Below are positions 29,375 through 40,126 of a DNA stretch of 64,000 bases, one piece after another. The stretch covers positions 8,828 through 72,827 of the forward strand of contig DATCSK010000027.1 in assembly GCA_036568505.1 (NCBI GenBank). The letters run 5' to 3'. The position numbers and the translations under genes were made by a program. Position 1 is the stretch's first letter. Every line of letters begins with the position of its first letter. This DNA is from Pseudomonadales bacterium. GTDB lineage: Bacteria; Pseudomonadota; Gammaproteobacteria; Pseudomonadales; M0112. The notes below the pieces were generated by a model. It was not told the origin of the DNA, searched no databases, and saw only the letters and a program-made list of their open reading frames with translations.

Positions 29375-30988
29375 TTAGTCGCCGGCCTGCCAGCCGGATG
29401 TGACCGGATAACGCCGGTCACGTCCGAAACCACGGCGCGTCACACGAATACCGATCGCTGCTTGTCGGCGCTTGTATTCATTGCGATCCACCAACCGGAT
29501 CACGTGCGCGACATCCGTTTCATCGAAGCCCTCGGCAATCATCGCGCTGGCCGACATGTCGTGCTCGATGTAACGCTCCAGAATGGCGTCCAGCACCTCG
29601 TAATCGGGCAAGCTGTCGCTGTCTTTTTGATCCGGCGCCAACTCGGCGGACGGCGGGCGATCAATCACTCGCTGCGGAATCACCATCGCCTGCGTATTGC
29701 GATAACGCGACAAAGCATAGACCCGGGTTTTGGACACGTCTTTCAACACATCCAGACCGCCGGCCATATCGCCATACAGCGTGGCATACCCCACGGCCAT
29801 TTCACTCTTGTTGCCGGTGGTCAATACCAAAGCACCGGTTTTATTCGATAAGGCCATCAGCAATACACCGCGGCAACGCGCCTGAATATTCTGCTCGGTG
29901 ACATCCATGGGCAAACCGGCAAATTCATCGGCCAGGCTTTCTGCAAACGACTCGAACATCGGTTCAATCGACAATACCCGATAGTGCACGCCCAACGTGC
30001 GCGCCTCGGCCTCGGCATCTTCCAGACTCATGCTGCTGGTATAACGGAACGGCATCATCACCGCGCTCACCCGATCCGCCCCTAACGCATCCACGGCAAT
30101 CGCCAGCGTCAATGCCGAATCAATACCGCCGGACAAACCCAGCAACACCGAGGGAAAACCGTTTTTGTTCACGTAATCGCATACACCGAGCACCAAGGCC
30201 TGATACAGGCTGGCATCGGTATCGGCGATGGCTGCCACCGTGGCCGGTTGCAGATCACCGCCATCGAACGACACCGCCAGCAAGGACTCGGCATAAGCCG
30301 GCGCTCTGGCACAGACACGACCCTCACGCGATACCGCAAACGAACCGCCATCAAACACCAGCTCGTCCTGACCCCCGACCTGATTCACGTACACCACCGG
30401 CATCGCACCTTCTGTCGCGCGCTGCCGCAACAAGGCCTCACGTTCCGCCGGTTTGCCCACATGAAACGGGCTGGCGTTGATATTGAGCATCAGTGCCGCA
30501 CCGGCCGCACGGGCCTGCTGCATGGGTGACGGCTCCCAGATATCCTCACAAATACTCAAGGCAACGCGCACGCCCTTGATCTCCAACACACAAGGCTCGT
30601 GCCCGGTAATGAAATAACGTTTTTCGTCAAACACCTGGTAATTGGGCAAATGCTGCTTGCGGTACTCGACCACCCTGCGACCGCCGTGAAAAACACCCGC
30701 CACGTTCGCCAGACCTTCCGGTCCGCGCCGGGGGTAACCGCACACCACCCACAGTTCAGCAGGCAGTTTTTCGCACAATTGCTGTATGGCGGCATCCATA
30801 CGAATATCGAGACTGGATCTCAGCAACAAATCTTCGGGTGGATAGCCGGTCAAGGTCAGCTCCGGAAACACCAGCACGTCCATGCCTTGCGCCTGCGCTC
30901 GCGAGGCTTCTGCCAACACGCGCGCCGTGTTGCCGGGGATGTCCCCAACCAACGGGTTGATCTGCGCCATGCCAATCATCAACGCCAT
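29375..30988 (-). CDS. nadE: Glutamine-dependent NAD+ synthetase
   Basis: N-terminal CN-hydrolase domain plus the GLSGGIDSALT PP-loop. Start set at MALMIGMAQINP. Confidence 0.9.
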   Translation of the reverse strand: MALMIGMAQINPLVGDIPGNTARVLAEASRAQAQGMDVLVFPELTLTGYPPEDLLLRSSLDIRMDAAIQQLCEKLPAELWVVCGYPRRGPEGLANVAGVFHGGRRVVEYRKQHLPNYQVFDEKRYFITGHEPCVLEIKGVRVALSICEDIWEPSPMQQARAAGAALMLNINASPFHVGKPAEREALLRQRATEGAMPVVYVNQVGGQDELVFDGGSFAVSREGRVCARAPAYAESLLAVSFDGGDLQPATVAAIADTDASLYQALVLGVCDYVNKNGFPSVLLGLSGGIDSALTLAIAVDALGADRVSAVMMPFRYTSSMSLEDAEAEARTLGVHYRVLSIEPMFESFAESLADEFAGLPMDVTEQNIQARCRGVLLMALSNKTGALVLTTGNKSEMAVGYATLYGDMAGGLDVLKDVSKTRVYALSRYRNTQAMVIPQRVIDRPPSAELAPDQKDSDSLPDYEVLDAILERYIEHDMSASAMIAEGFDETDVAHVIRLVDRNEYKRRQAAIGIRVTRRGFGRDRRYPVTSGWQAGD

Positions 30989-31108
30989 GCTGTCACACCT
31001 TTCAAGCCGGCGCTCATTGTCACGGATGGGCGCATCAGGGTAAAGGGCGCGCCCGTCATCGCAAGCCATCGGGTATACTCAAGGCGGTTCATTCATGGAG
31101 CATGGCAC

Positions 31109-31342
31109 ATGATGCGCATCATCTTAATTGCCGCGATTATCGCCATTGTCTGGCGCCTGCTGACGGGTCGCGCCTTGATGCCCGGCCGCCATACACCGCC
31201 TCCCGCCGACACCCCGGATGACCAAGCCCACGCCATGGTGCGCTGCCAACATTGCGGCACGCACGTACCGGCCAAACGGGCCGTGCTCGAAGGCGATGAC
31301 TGGTACTGCTGTCAGGAACACCGTGATGACGCCCGTCACTGA
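31109..31342 (+). CDS. PP0621-family small protein (TM helix plus Cys-rich tail)
   Basis: MMRIILIAAIIAIVW...CQHCGTHVP...WYCCQEH. It sits directly upstream of pilS and overlaps it. Confidence 0.6.
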   Translation: MMRIILIAAIIAIVWRLLTGRALMPGRHTPPPADTPDDQAHAMVRCQHCGTHVPAKRAVLEGDDWYCCQEHRDDARH

Positions 31343-32957
31343 TATCGCGGCCACACCGCTGCGCAGTACGCCGGAAGAAACCCAGCGCCTGCTGCGCATC
31401 TACAACTGGTACCGGTTCGTTCTGTCGCTCGTCCTGGCGCTGATGTACTTTGCGCAATGGCAGGGCAAGCTGGTGGGCGAACTGTACCCGCTCTTGTATC
31501 TGGTCACTGCCTGCAGCTACGTCGGCTTCAGCAGTTTGTCATTGCTCATTCTCGGCCTGCAAAGAACCGTGCCCAGCAATGCCCAGTTATTTTTGATTAT
31601 CACCGTCGATATTGCCGTGCTGTCGTTGCTCACCCTCGCCAGCGGCGGCCTTGAAACCGGCCTTGGCATGCTGATGATCGTCTCGGTGGCGGCGGGCAGC
31701 ATTTTCTTTATTGGCAACATTGCCACGCTGGTTGCAGCACTGGCGACATTGGCGGGTCTTGGCATTGCCATCTACCTGTCCTTTTTGATCGAACGCGATG
31801 CACGGCATTTTATTCAGGCCGGTATTCTCGGTATCTTGCTGTTTGCAACCTCGTGGGTATTCCGCACCCTGTCCGAGCGCATTCGCCGTGGCTACCATCT
31901 GGCCGAAGCCCAATCCAAAAGCATTGCCAAACTCGAACAAATCAATGAAATGATCGTGCAACGCATGCGTACCGGCGTGATTGTCACCGATGCCGCGCAA
32001 CACATCCGCATCATGAATAATGCCGCCACCGAATTGCTCGGCATCGCTACCGGCAGCCCCACCGATCTGCCGCCTGAACTGATCCAGCTCATCACCCGCT
32101 GGCAACAGCAACATGAACAACCGCAACGCCCCGTGCGCGTGCGCGAGCAAGGGCCCGAACTGCAAGTGCGTTTTGCCTCGCTGGAATACGGCAATACCAG
32201 CGACGTCCTTATTTTTGCCGAAGACACCAGCCGCATTGCCCAACAAGCCCAACAAATGAAGCTGGCCTCACTGGGCCGCCTGACGGCCAGTATTGCGCAT
32301 GAAATTCGCAACCCGCTGGGCGCCATCAGCCATGCCGCACAATTGATTCAGGAATCGCCCACGCTCGACCCGGCCGACCGCCGCCTCACGGACATCATTC
32401 AAAGTCATTCGCAACGCATGAATGGCATCATCGAGAACATTCTGCAGCTATCGCGCCGTCAAGCAGCCAAGCCCGCCCGCATCAATCTATCGGAATGGAT
32501 ACCGGAATTTATCCAACAGTTTCGTGCCGGCCATGCCATGCCCAACGCCCGTATTGATGTCGATATTCCGCCCTTTTTCCATATCACCTTTGACCCGACG
32601 CATCTGAATCAGGTGCTGACCAACCTGTGTGCCAATGGCTTGCGCCACAGCCCCCATGCCCACATCACATTGCACGCCAGTATCGATCGCCAAAGCGAAC
32701 ACCCCGTACTGGATGTACTCGATGACGGCAGTGGCATTCAGAGTGAAAACCAAAGCCAATTATTTGAACCGTTTTTCACCACCGAAATCAGCGGCACCGG
32801 GCTTGGCTTATACATCTCTCGCGAACTGTGTGAGTTCAATCAGGCCAGTCTGGATTACTCGCGTACCGCGGACCAGCACAGCCGCTTCCGCATCCGTTTC
32901 TCACACCCGGATCGACGCATTGCACTAGAATTGGCAAACCCGCCTGAGATTGGATAA
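31326..32957 (+). CDS. pilS: Type IV pilus sensor histidine kinase PilS
   Basis: Six N-terminal TM helices, H-box ASIAHEIRNPLGAI and an HATPase domain. Followed by pilR. Confidence 0.85.
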   Translation: MTPVTDIAATPLRSTPEETQRLLRIYNWYRFVLSLVLALMYFAQWQGKLVGELYPLLYLVTACSYVGFSSLSLLILGLQRTVPSNAQLFLIITVDIAVLSLLTLASGGLETGLGMLMIVSVAAGSIFFIGNIATLVAALATLAGLGIAIYLSFLIERDARHFIQAGILGILLFATSWVFRTLSERIRRGYHLAEAQSKSIAKLEQINEMIVQRMRTGVIVTDAAQHIRIMNNAATELLGIATGSPTDLPPELIQLITRWQQQHEQPQRPVRVREQGPELQVRFASLEYGNTSDVLIFAEDTSRIAQQAQQMKLASLGRLTASIAHEIRNPLGAISHAAQLIQESPTLDPADRRLTDIIQSHSQRMNGIIENILQLSRRQAAKPARINLSEWIPEFIQQFRAGHAMPNARIDVDIPPFFHITFDPTHLNQVLTNLCANGLRHSPHAHITLHASIDRQSEHPVLDVLDDGSGIQSENQSQLFEPFFTTEISGTGLGLYISRELCEFNQASLDYSRTADQHSRFRIRFSHPDRRIALELANPPEIG

Positions 32958-32985
32958 AACGCAACCACCACACGAGGCCTCAAGC

Positions 32986-34347
32986 ATGTCGGATAAACGC
33001 GTACTGGTCGTTGATGACGAACCCGACATTCGTGAACTGCTGGAACTCACCCTGACCCGCATGGGACTGGTGACACACAGTGCCAGCACCTATCAGGAGG
33101 CACTCGATGCACTGCAAGCCGAACACTTCGACTTGTGCCTCACCGACATGAAATTGCCCGACGGTGACGGGCTTGCGCTGATTGAACACATTCAGGCACA
33201 ACACCCGGCCCTGCCCGTTGCCATGATCACCGCCTTTGGCAGCATGGATACCGCCATTGCCGCCTTGAAAGCCGGCGCTTTTGACTTTGTCAGCAAACCG
33301 ATTGAGCTGCCGCGCCTGCGCAAACTGGTGGACTTTGCCCTGTCATTGGCAGACACCCGCCAGATTGGCAGCTCGGGCGAAAGCCGATTGACCGGTAACA
33401 GCGCTGCCGTCGTGGCGGTGCGCGAAAAAATCACCAAACTGTCCCGCAGTCAGGCACCGGTGTATATCAGTGGCGAATCCGGCAGCGGCAAAGAGCTCGC
33501 CGCCCGACTGATTCATGCCAACAGTTCGCGCAGTGACGGCCCCTTTGTCCCGGTCAATTGTGGCGCCATCCCCAGCGAACTGATGGAAAGCGAGTTTTTC
33601 GGTCACCGCAAAGGCAGCTTCACCGGCGCGCACGCCGACAAACAAGGTCTGTTTCAAGCGGCCGATGGCGGCACCCTGTTTTTGGATGAAGTCGCTGACC
33701 TGCCACTGGCCATGCAAGTCAAATTACTGCGTGCCATTCAGGAAAAAGCCATTCGCCCGATCGGCGCCGCGCAAGAAATCGCCATTGATGTGCGCATTTT
33801 AAGCGCCACGCACAAAGATTTGGCCGCCGAAGTCCAGGCCGAGCGTTTTCGCAACGACTTGTTCTACCGCATCAATGTCATTGAATTGCACATGCCCAGC
33901 TTGCGCGAACGGCAAGAAGACATCGCCTTACTGGCGCGCTCGATTCTCGCCAAACTGGCCGCCCAAACCGCCAGCCAACCCATCACCCTGAACGACAGCG
34001 CACTGCGCGCCCTGGAGCACTACCACTTTCCCGGTAATGTGCGTGAGCTCGAAAACATACTCGAACGCGCTTCCACATTGTGCGAAGGCAACAGCATTAC
34101 GGCCGATGACTTGCAACTGGATGTCTCGATGCCACCCGCCACGGTCAGCCAAGCCGATCCCATCAGCGAGGCCCGCCTGCCCGACACGCCCGTCACCTCA
34201 CTGGAGAGCTATCTGGAGCAAGTCGAGCGGCAACTGATCACCGACGCACTCGAAGCCTGCCGCTGGAACCGCACCGCGGCCGCTGAAAAGCTCGGCATTA
34301 CGTTCCGCGCGTTGCGTTATCGCCTGAAAAAACTCGGCATCGAATAA
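32986..34347 (+). CDS. pilR: Sigma-54 dependent response regulator PilR
   Basis: Receiver domain VLVVDDEPDIREL, AAA+ motif GESGSGKELAA, ESEFFGHRKGSFTGA, and a C-terminal HTH. Confidence 0.9.
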   Translation: MSDKRVLVVDDEPDIRELLELTLTRMGLVTHSASTYQEALDALQAEHFDLCLTDMKLPDGDGLALIEHIQAQHPALPVAMITAFGSMDTAIAALKAGAFDFVSKPIELPRLRKLVDFALSLADTRQIGSSGESRLTGNSAAVVAVREKITKLSRSQAPVYISGESGSGKELAARLIHANSSRSDGPFVPVNCGAIPSELMESEFFGHRKGSFTGAHADKQGLFQAADGGTLFLDEVADLPLAMQVKLLRAIQEKAIRPIGAAQEIAIDVRILSATHKDLAAEVQAERFRNDLFYRINVIELHMPSLRERQEDIALLARSILAKLAAQTASQPITLNDSALRALEHYHFPGNVRELENILERASTLCEGNSITADDLQLDVSMPPATVSQADPISEARLPDTPVTSLESYLEQVERQLITDALEACRWNRTAAAEKLGITFRALRYRLKKLGIE

Positions 34348-34457
34348 GCGCACGCCCAGCCGCAGTAAAGTCGCACACGCATTACTGCCCATACGCCTGC
34401 CGATTCCACAACACGCTGCTTATTCTCCTTGCGCGCATTACCGCCACGGAGGGCAGC

Positions 34458-35021
34458 ATGCATTCACCCCAGACCGGTTTCACCCTGACCGAACTGCTCA
34501 CGGCATTGATGATCGCCAGCATTCTGGTCGCAACGGGCGCGCCCGCACTGAGCGCAAGCCGCGACAAAGCCCGCGCCAACCACACGACTCAAAACGCGCT
34601 GCATGCCATTCAGCACGCGCGCACATTAGCGATTCATCACCAAAGCGGTGTCATTACCCTCTGCGGCAGCAGTGACGGCCACGCATGCAGCAACGACTGG
34701 AGCCAAGGCTGGATATTGTTTGCCGACGACAACAACAACCACCGTTGGGATGCCGACGAACCACTGCACCAAAAAGACCAGCACTCCCTCGACGGTCAGC
34801 TGCGCTGGCGCGGCTCAGCCGGTCGGCCCTACCTGCGTTTTACCGCCGTCGGGTATGCCATGGAATTCGGATCACTCACTTACTGCGCGCCGGATCATGA
34901 CCCACGCCATGCACGACAAATCACCATCAATCGTCCAGGCCGGGCCCGCCTATCGCGCGACCGCAATGGCGATGGCATCCATGAAGACAGTTATGACAAA
35001 CCCCTGGACTGCGCATCGTAA
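34458..35021 (+). CDS. fimT: GspH/FimT family minor pilin
   Basis: Prepilin N-terminus QTGFTLTELLTALMIASIL. Size and position after pilR fit FimT. Confidence 0.65.
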   Translation: MHSPQTGFTLTELLTALMIASILVATGAPALSASRDKARANHTTQNALHAIQHARTLAIHHQSGVITLCGSSDGHACSNDWSQGWILFADDNNNHRWDADEPLHQKDQHSLDGQLRWRGSAGRPYLRFTAVGYAMEFGSLTYCAPDHDPRHARQITINRPGRARLSRDRNGDGIHEDSYDKPLDCAS

Positions 35022-35036
35022 AGGCATCGCACCGAC

Positions 35037-35059
35037 AAAAAAAAGCCGCCAGAGGCGGC
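35037..35059 (-). terminator. Intrinsic terminator of the minor pilin operon (after pilE)
   Basis: On the minus strand: GCCGCC-tct-GGCGGC followed by T8. Confidence 0.75.
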
Positions 35060-35110
35060 TTGAAGAACTTCAGTACATCCCTCGACCTGCGGGGGAAACC
35101 ATCATTCACA

Positions 35111-35533
35111 TCACGGGAAGCATATCCTCGGCTGGCGCTCGCCGGTATTGGTAATCGTCAAGACACTGCAATTAGCATTACCCTGCTTATCCAGGGTTTG
35201 ATTGTTTTTAGCCGTCGCCGTTGCCGTAAACGTAGAACCGTTCGCAACAACCGTGACTTGATACCACAACTCACCGGCACTCACACCTTTAGGTACGTTG
35301 ACTTTGATACTGCTATTTTCCAATGGCGTGGCATCGCCATTTTTGTACGCATTATTGGCGTTGTAGTATTTCTCTTGGTCATTCACCACCATCATCAAGG
35401 TATTAATGCCTTCTGCACGGCGCGCCTTGCGCGTATACTGGTTGTATTGCGGATAACCGATGCCGGCCAAAATGCCCACAATCGCCACCACAATCATCAA
35501 CTCCACCAAGGTAAAGCCATCAGCTTGTTTCAT
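35111..35533 (-). CDS. pilE: Type IV pilin-like protein PilE
   Basis: [23 protein letters not shown] class III signal sequence. Last gene of the fimU-pilVWXY1Y2E type operon. Confidence 0.75.
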   Translation of the reverse strand: MKQADGFTLVELMIVVAIVGILAGIGYPQYNQYTRKARRAEGINTLMMVVNDQEKYYNANNAYKNGDATPLENSSIKVNVPKGVSAGELWYQVTVVANGSTFTATATAKNNQTLDKQGNANCSVLTITNTGERQPRICFP

Positions 35534-35568
35534 ATAGTCTCCTAAGGGCAGCTAAGCCACCGCTACCA

Positions 35569-35916
35569 TCAAGGTGCCGATTGAATAATCCGCTGCACAT
35601 CGGCAACGGGACCGCTGATTTGAACCGTGTCCAGATCACCGATCGCACCGGCCTGATTGCTCAGCGCATAATTGACCCACAGGCCTTCCGATAACTGACT
35701 GGCCGATATCCACAGGCTCTTTCCATTCGGCAGGCGAACCGATACCGACGTTGCCGGCGTCAGCAAATACGCCCGACCGTCAATCACCAGATTTTTGCCC
35801 AAGCCATCCTCATCAGCCTTGATCGCAGTCACTTTGCCAGAGAACGTATCGGCCTGTACCGCCGCTGTCGCAATGACAGCGGCCAATCCTACAATCCATT
35901 TATTCATCATGATCAT
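35569..35916 (-). CDS. PilY2-position small secreted protein
   Basis: Signal peptide MNKWIVGLAAVIATAAVQA. 115 aa, between pilY1 and pilE. Call is by position only. Confidence 0.4.
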   Translation of the reverse strand: MIMMNKWIVGLAAVIATAAVQADTFSGKVTAIKADEDGLGKNLVIDGRAYLLTPATSVSVRLPNGKSLWISASQLSEGLWVNYALSNQAGAIGDLDTVQISGPVADVQRIIQSAP

Positions 35917-35925
35917 ATGCTCCCA

Positions 35926-38900
35926 TCAATTCAAATGACGCCAGGACATCCGACCCGTCGTGTCATCGACCGATTCCAGGACGTTGCTGATGCTGCCCGT
36001 ACTGCTGCTGAAGGTTTTACTCTCACTGCCATTGCCTTTCACGATCTCGGGTGACTGCAACAGACCATCGAAGAGAAGACCCGACGGCACGGTGCCATCG
36101 GCGATAGCCGATGCCAGATCGTAATCCAGATCGTCCAGATTGAAGCTGCCGTCTTTATTCAAATCAAACGGCGGATCATTCAGACGCGAGCCGGTCAAGG
36201 CGCTCATTTCCATCAGCCAGCTGTAGCCGCCCGATGAGCACGGATCTTGCGTTGGCACCCAGGTGGTAAACACGATACGGCCGCCGTCACTGGCCAGCTG
36301 CGGATCAGTGACCGAGCGTTCGCCTTCGTTTTTACCGGTCTTCACGTTCAGCAGGTTGATGTACCAACCCATATTGGGTTCATTGCTGGTGTAATCCGGA
36401 TCGGCCTTGGTGGTAATGCGGATGCCGTAGGTAATACCGCCAACCACCGCCGTCTCTTGCTGGGTAATCCGCTGCTGGAACAGATCCGCCGGCGTCAGTG
36501 TTTTGAAGCCATTCGGATCTTTCAAGTCATCCCATATCCCGTAGAAGGCCTGGGTGGGTGTGCTGGCGGTGACAATATTATCGCCAACCTCCAGGTATTT
36601 GCCGGTACCAAACAGGATGACATACCCCCCGTTCGGGTGCTTGATCGCTTTCGGCTGCACGGTAATCGGCTGGCCGGTGGCGGTCTTAAAGTGTGCTTTA
36701 CCACTGTGCGCTACGTTCCAGTCAGAAGGCAGGGCCTTGGAAATATCGAACTTCCAGAGGTTGCCTTGCAAGTCACCGGCATACACGTAATCGCCGTCCC
36801 AATCACCGTCCCAATCCACCACCACCGGGCCTGACAGACCGTTGGCCAGCGCTGCGGTTCCGAGTTCGTTGGTATCGAGCTTTTTGATCAACACACCGGT
36901 CACGGCATCGAGCACGAACAACACGGCCGAGCCGCGGCCGACAAAACCATCGGGCTCTTTGCTGTTGTAACCGTTAGCAACCAACGCACCCCAACGACCG
37001 TTGTTCAGCTTCACCACCGGAATTTTGCTTAAGACATAGCCCAAATCGACATCGTCTTCGTGCAGGAATTCCCACATGGCCAGCTTCTCGGCATTGGCTT
37101 CACTGAAGTTATCCGGATCGGTCACATTCAGCGAATAGATGCCTTGACCACCGGTGCCGAGCGCGCCAAACAACAGGGTCTGCCAACGGTAATCCCCTGA
37201 CGGGAATGTCGCGTCGTACACGTCCATGCTATTGGTCGGTGCGTTCACATAAAACTGGTGACCGTAGTTGCGATCGGCCAGCGCGGGCAAATTCGGATAC
37301 ACCATCGCCGGTACGTATGCGATCAGCTCCTTACCGCTATTGGCCATGCCACTGGTGGAATCAAAGCCGTGCAACATGCCGTCGTTCGCGCCCACGTACA
37401 CCATGGGTGTGCGGTTTTTGTATTTGTTCACGAACGAGGAGTACGGCGAACCGGCAATCGAGTTGGTGAACGCCTCATCAGGACGGCCCACGTACTCCGG
37501 TGCCGACGCAATAATATCGCCCAGCAAATGGTTGCGCGTACGGAACTTATAGGTGGTTGAACTGCCTTCTTGCGAACGCTGACCGCGCAAGTAGTTCACC
37601 AGTGCCGTGCCGTAAGCCTGATTCGCGGCAATCTCACTCGTCACCGTGGTGTTCGCCGGATACGGTGCCCGCGACAGCAAGTCGGCAATTTCGACGCGGT
37701 CGAATTCACCGACAACCGGCGCCGTATAATTTGCCGGGAAGCGGAAAGGCACGCCTTTATACGTTGCCGGGTTATAACTGATGATGTTGCGCGAAGTATG
37801 CGACATGGCATCCAGCGTGTCGTTGGCTTCCCACAAAGTGGCACCGACACCGCCGTTGACCAAAGTCTGCAATGCCCTCAGATTACCGCTCCAGTCACCT
37901 GAGTTAAATTGCGCCTGATACAGCAAGGCGTCACCCAACACACGGCCCGAGGTTGATGCCAGCGCGGAAGATGACGAAATCAAACCCGAAATCACATCAA
38001 AGATTTTTTCGAAACCGTCGAGCAACTCTTGCGGGTTACGGGCCGAAATGAACTTGCCATTGCCGTTATAGGCGGCATGCCACAAGTCATCGATTTTTTC
38101 AGGGTTTTCTTGACCGCTGGTCTCCGGCACACGCGCACCGTTCCATTCGGTGCTGCGCATCACCGCCGCCACGCCTTTAATGGCCGGGTCAATCGCCGGT
38201 GTAAAGGCCGTCGCCGGGTTGGTGCGCAAGTTCCAATCGGGCCAGCCATCCGGCGCTACGGCATCATCTTGCAACAAGCCTGGCACACCAAACGATACCG
38301 GGAAGGTCACCAGATGCTGCTGCTTGAGCTGCGTCATGCCGGCGTTATCTTTCACCGGCACGTTATTATCCATGGTGGTGTGCAAATCGTAGCCGGAGTT
38401 CAAGCCCACTTTATAGGCAATGTCCGACATTTTATCGGTTGCACCATCACCGTCTTCATCGGCCACGCCGGCAATCGATTCACCGCCAGTGTAATAACCG
38501 TCGGTCATCACAATCGCAAAGTTATGCTGGCAGGAATACAGGATCGGGTTATTGCTGCTGTTGGTGCGGCTATCGAAATAGTCCCACGCGTTTTTATACC
38601 CTTCGCGCAGCGGCGTGCCCGAGCCGTTACTGCCTTCGTTATCCAGATGGTGGTAGTACATGTTGGTGTACAAGGTAGCGTAGTTATACGGGCCGGTTGC
38701 CGCCGCCGGCATATTGACGCGCGTCACCAGTGATTTGCCACCGTTCGTGTAGGTGCGACCGGGCTCTTTCTTGATCAAGCCCAAGCCATAACGAAGCCCC
38801 GGGTTTTGTTGCACGACTTTGCCCACTGCTTCACGGGCCACGAAAGTACGCTTACGACCAAACTCGTACCACGTCGCTATCTGGTTCATCAGGTCGGTTG

Positions 38901-40086
38901 CCGTACGACCGGTGCCATCGATCACACCGTTACCGTCGACATCGCCGACCGGGTCAAGCGCATTGCCGGTGAAGCTGGCAATGTTGGTGGCCGTTTCAAT
39001 CAAACCGCCGGCGTTATCAATGGCATAGGTAATGTGATCGACTGTGACGATCGGCGTGGTACCCGACAGATCGACGCGATAGCGCAAATGCTCATCCCAC
39101 AAATCGACCCAACCGTTGCCGCCGTTCTGACGGTTATGGTTTTTAGCCGCGTTACAGCCTGGCGAGCCAACCTTCGGTTTGGTCAGGCCGGTGTTGGTAC
39201 ACCATTGGTGCGTATCCAGCCAGACGTGGAATTCGAAAAAGTTTTTATCCGACAGGCTGCTGTACGACGCACCCAAATAGGGGCTGGAGCTCAAGTTACG
39301 GGTAATGGTGTAACCGGTCATGCCTTTCATGGGGTGACTTTTTACGCTGGTAAAGCTTGGCGCGTAGCCCGCCGCCACACCGGCAGTGGTCTCGTAATTA
39401 GGCCACGGCGCGTATTGCGTGCGCGGGTTGTAATACGTGGTATTCAAGCTTGATGACAGCACACGCCAGTCGTATTTAACCACGGCGTTACCGCCGTCTT
39501 CATAATCTTCAATCGAACGGTAGGTATTCCAGTTATCGGAGTTCTCAAACACGTTATAGAAGGTGCGCATATCACCATTGCTGTAAATGTACATCTCACC
39601 ATTGGTGATCGGCTTGGTTTTGTTGCCATTGCCATCGGCATCATCGCACTTGCTGGCCGCGTAACCGCTGCTGTACACCGGGTGGTTGCGGTCGTATTCG
39701 CAGGCCATCCAGTACGGCGTGGGCAGAATCTCCCAATCCATCGAACCGGAATCATCGATTTCAAAGAAGACGTTGGCATCAACGCTTTGGGTCAAGAACA
39801 GTGGCGTGGCCGCCAAGTTCATATTGCCGCTGCTGGAGCCGCTGGAAGAAGAGGAGCTCGTGGAAGAGCCCGACGAACTGGAAGTCGACGAACTGGTGGA
39901 GGAGCTCGTGGAAGAGCCCGACGAGCTGGAAGTCGACGACGAGGTTGACGAACCCGACGAGCTGGAAGTCGACGAACTGGTGCTGCTCCCACTGCGACGC
40001 GCGTCAGCTTCCGGCGCGTGCAGCAACACCAAGGCAGGCACTGCCAATGTCATCACCATCAACCGGCTTAATTTATGCATATCCAT
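35926..40086 (-). CDS. pilY1: Type IV pilus tip-associated adhesin/biogenesis factor PilY1 (large variant)
   Basis: Signal peptide. vWA MIDAS-like FFEIDDSGSMDWE. C-terminal PilY1-type VDWDGDWDGDYVYAGD and Ca-site-like DLNKDGSFNLDDLD. Position between pilX and pilY2. Start at MDMHKLSRL. Confidence 0.85.
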   Translation of the reverse strand: MDMHKLSRLMVMTLAVPALVLLHAPEADARRSGSSTSSSTSSSSGSSTSSSTSSSSGSSTSSSTSSSTSSSSGSSTSSSSSSGSSSGNMNLAATPLFLTQSVDANVFFEIDDSGSMDWEILPTPYWMACEYDRNHPVYSSGYAASKCDDADGNGNKTKPITNGEMYIYSNGDMRTFYNVFENSDNWNTYRSIEDYEDGGNAVVKYDWRVLSSSLNTTYYNPRTQYAPWPNYETTAGVAAGYAPSFTSVKSHPMKGMTGYTITRNLSSSPYLGASYSSLSDKNFFEFHVWLDTHQWCTNTGLTKPKVGSPGCNAAKNHNRQNGGNGWVDLWDEHLRYRVDLSGTTPIVTVDHITYAIDNAGGLIETATNIASFTGNALDPVGDVDGNGVIDGTGRTATDLMNQIATWYEFGRKRTFVAREAVGKVVQQNPGLRYGLGLIKKEPGRTYTNGGKSLVTRVNMPAAATGPYNYATLYTNMYYHHLDNEGSNGSGTPLREGYKNAWDYFDSRTNSSNNPILYSCQHNFAIVMTDGYYTGGESIAGVADEDGDGATDKMSDIAYKVGLNSGYDLHTTMDNNVPVKDNAGMTQLKQQHLVTFPVSFGVPGLLQDDAVAPDGWPDWNLRTNPATAFTPAIDPAIKGVAAVMRSTEWNGARVPETSGQENPEKIDDLWHAAYNGNGKFISARNPQELLDGFEKIFDVISGLISSSSALASTSGRVLGDALLYQAQFNSGDWSGNLRALQTLVNGGVGATLWEANDTLDAMSHTSRNIISYNPATYKGVPFRFPANYTAPVVGEFDRVEIADLLSRAPYPANTTVTSEIAANQAYGTALVNYLRGQRSQEGSSTTYKFRTRNHLLGDIIASAPEYVGRPDEAFTNSIAGSPYSSFVNKYKNRTPMVYVGANDGMLHGFDSTSGMANSGKELIAYVPAMVYPNLPALADRNYGHQFYVNAPTNSMDVYDATFPSGDYRWQTLLFGALGTGGQGIYSLNVTDPDNFSEANAEKLAMWEFLHEDDVDLGYVLSKIPVVKLNNGRWGALVANGYNSKEPDGFVGRGSAVLFVLDAVTGVLIKKLDTNELGTAALANGLSGPVVVDWDGDWDGDYVYAGDLQGNLWKFDISKALPSDWNVAHSGKAHFKTATGQPITVQPKAIKHPNGGYVILFGTGKYLEVGDNIVTASTPTQAFYGIWDDLKDPNGFKTLTPADLFQQRITQQETAVVGGITYGIRITTKADPDYTSNEPNMGWYINLLNVKTGKNEGERSVTDPQLASDGGRIVFTTWVPTQDPCSSGGYSWLMEMSALTGSRLNDPPFDLNKDGSFNLDDLDYDLASAIADGTVPSGLLFDGLLQSPEIVKGNGSESKTFSSSTGSISNVLESVDDTTGRMSWRHLN
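39826..39993 (-). repeat. Tandem coding repeat (48-nt unit plus shorter copies) encoding a Ser/Thr/Gly-only tract in PilY1
   Basis: The 48-nt units at 39851-39898 and 39899-39946 are near-identical, and 39947-39982 is a 36-nt partial copy. Translation is SGSSTSSSTSSS repeated, about 56 residues of only S, T and G straight after the signal peptide. Confidence 0.85.
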
Positions 40087-40126
40087 GATTGTCGCCTCTC
40101 TCCCCGCCGTGCGGGTCACATGCCTA

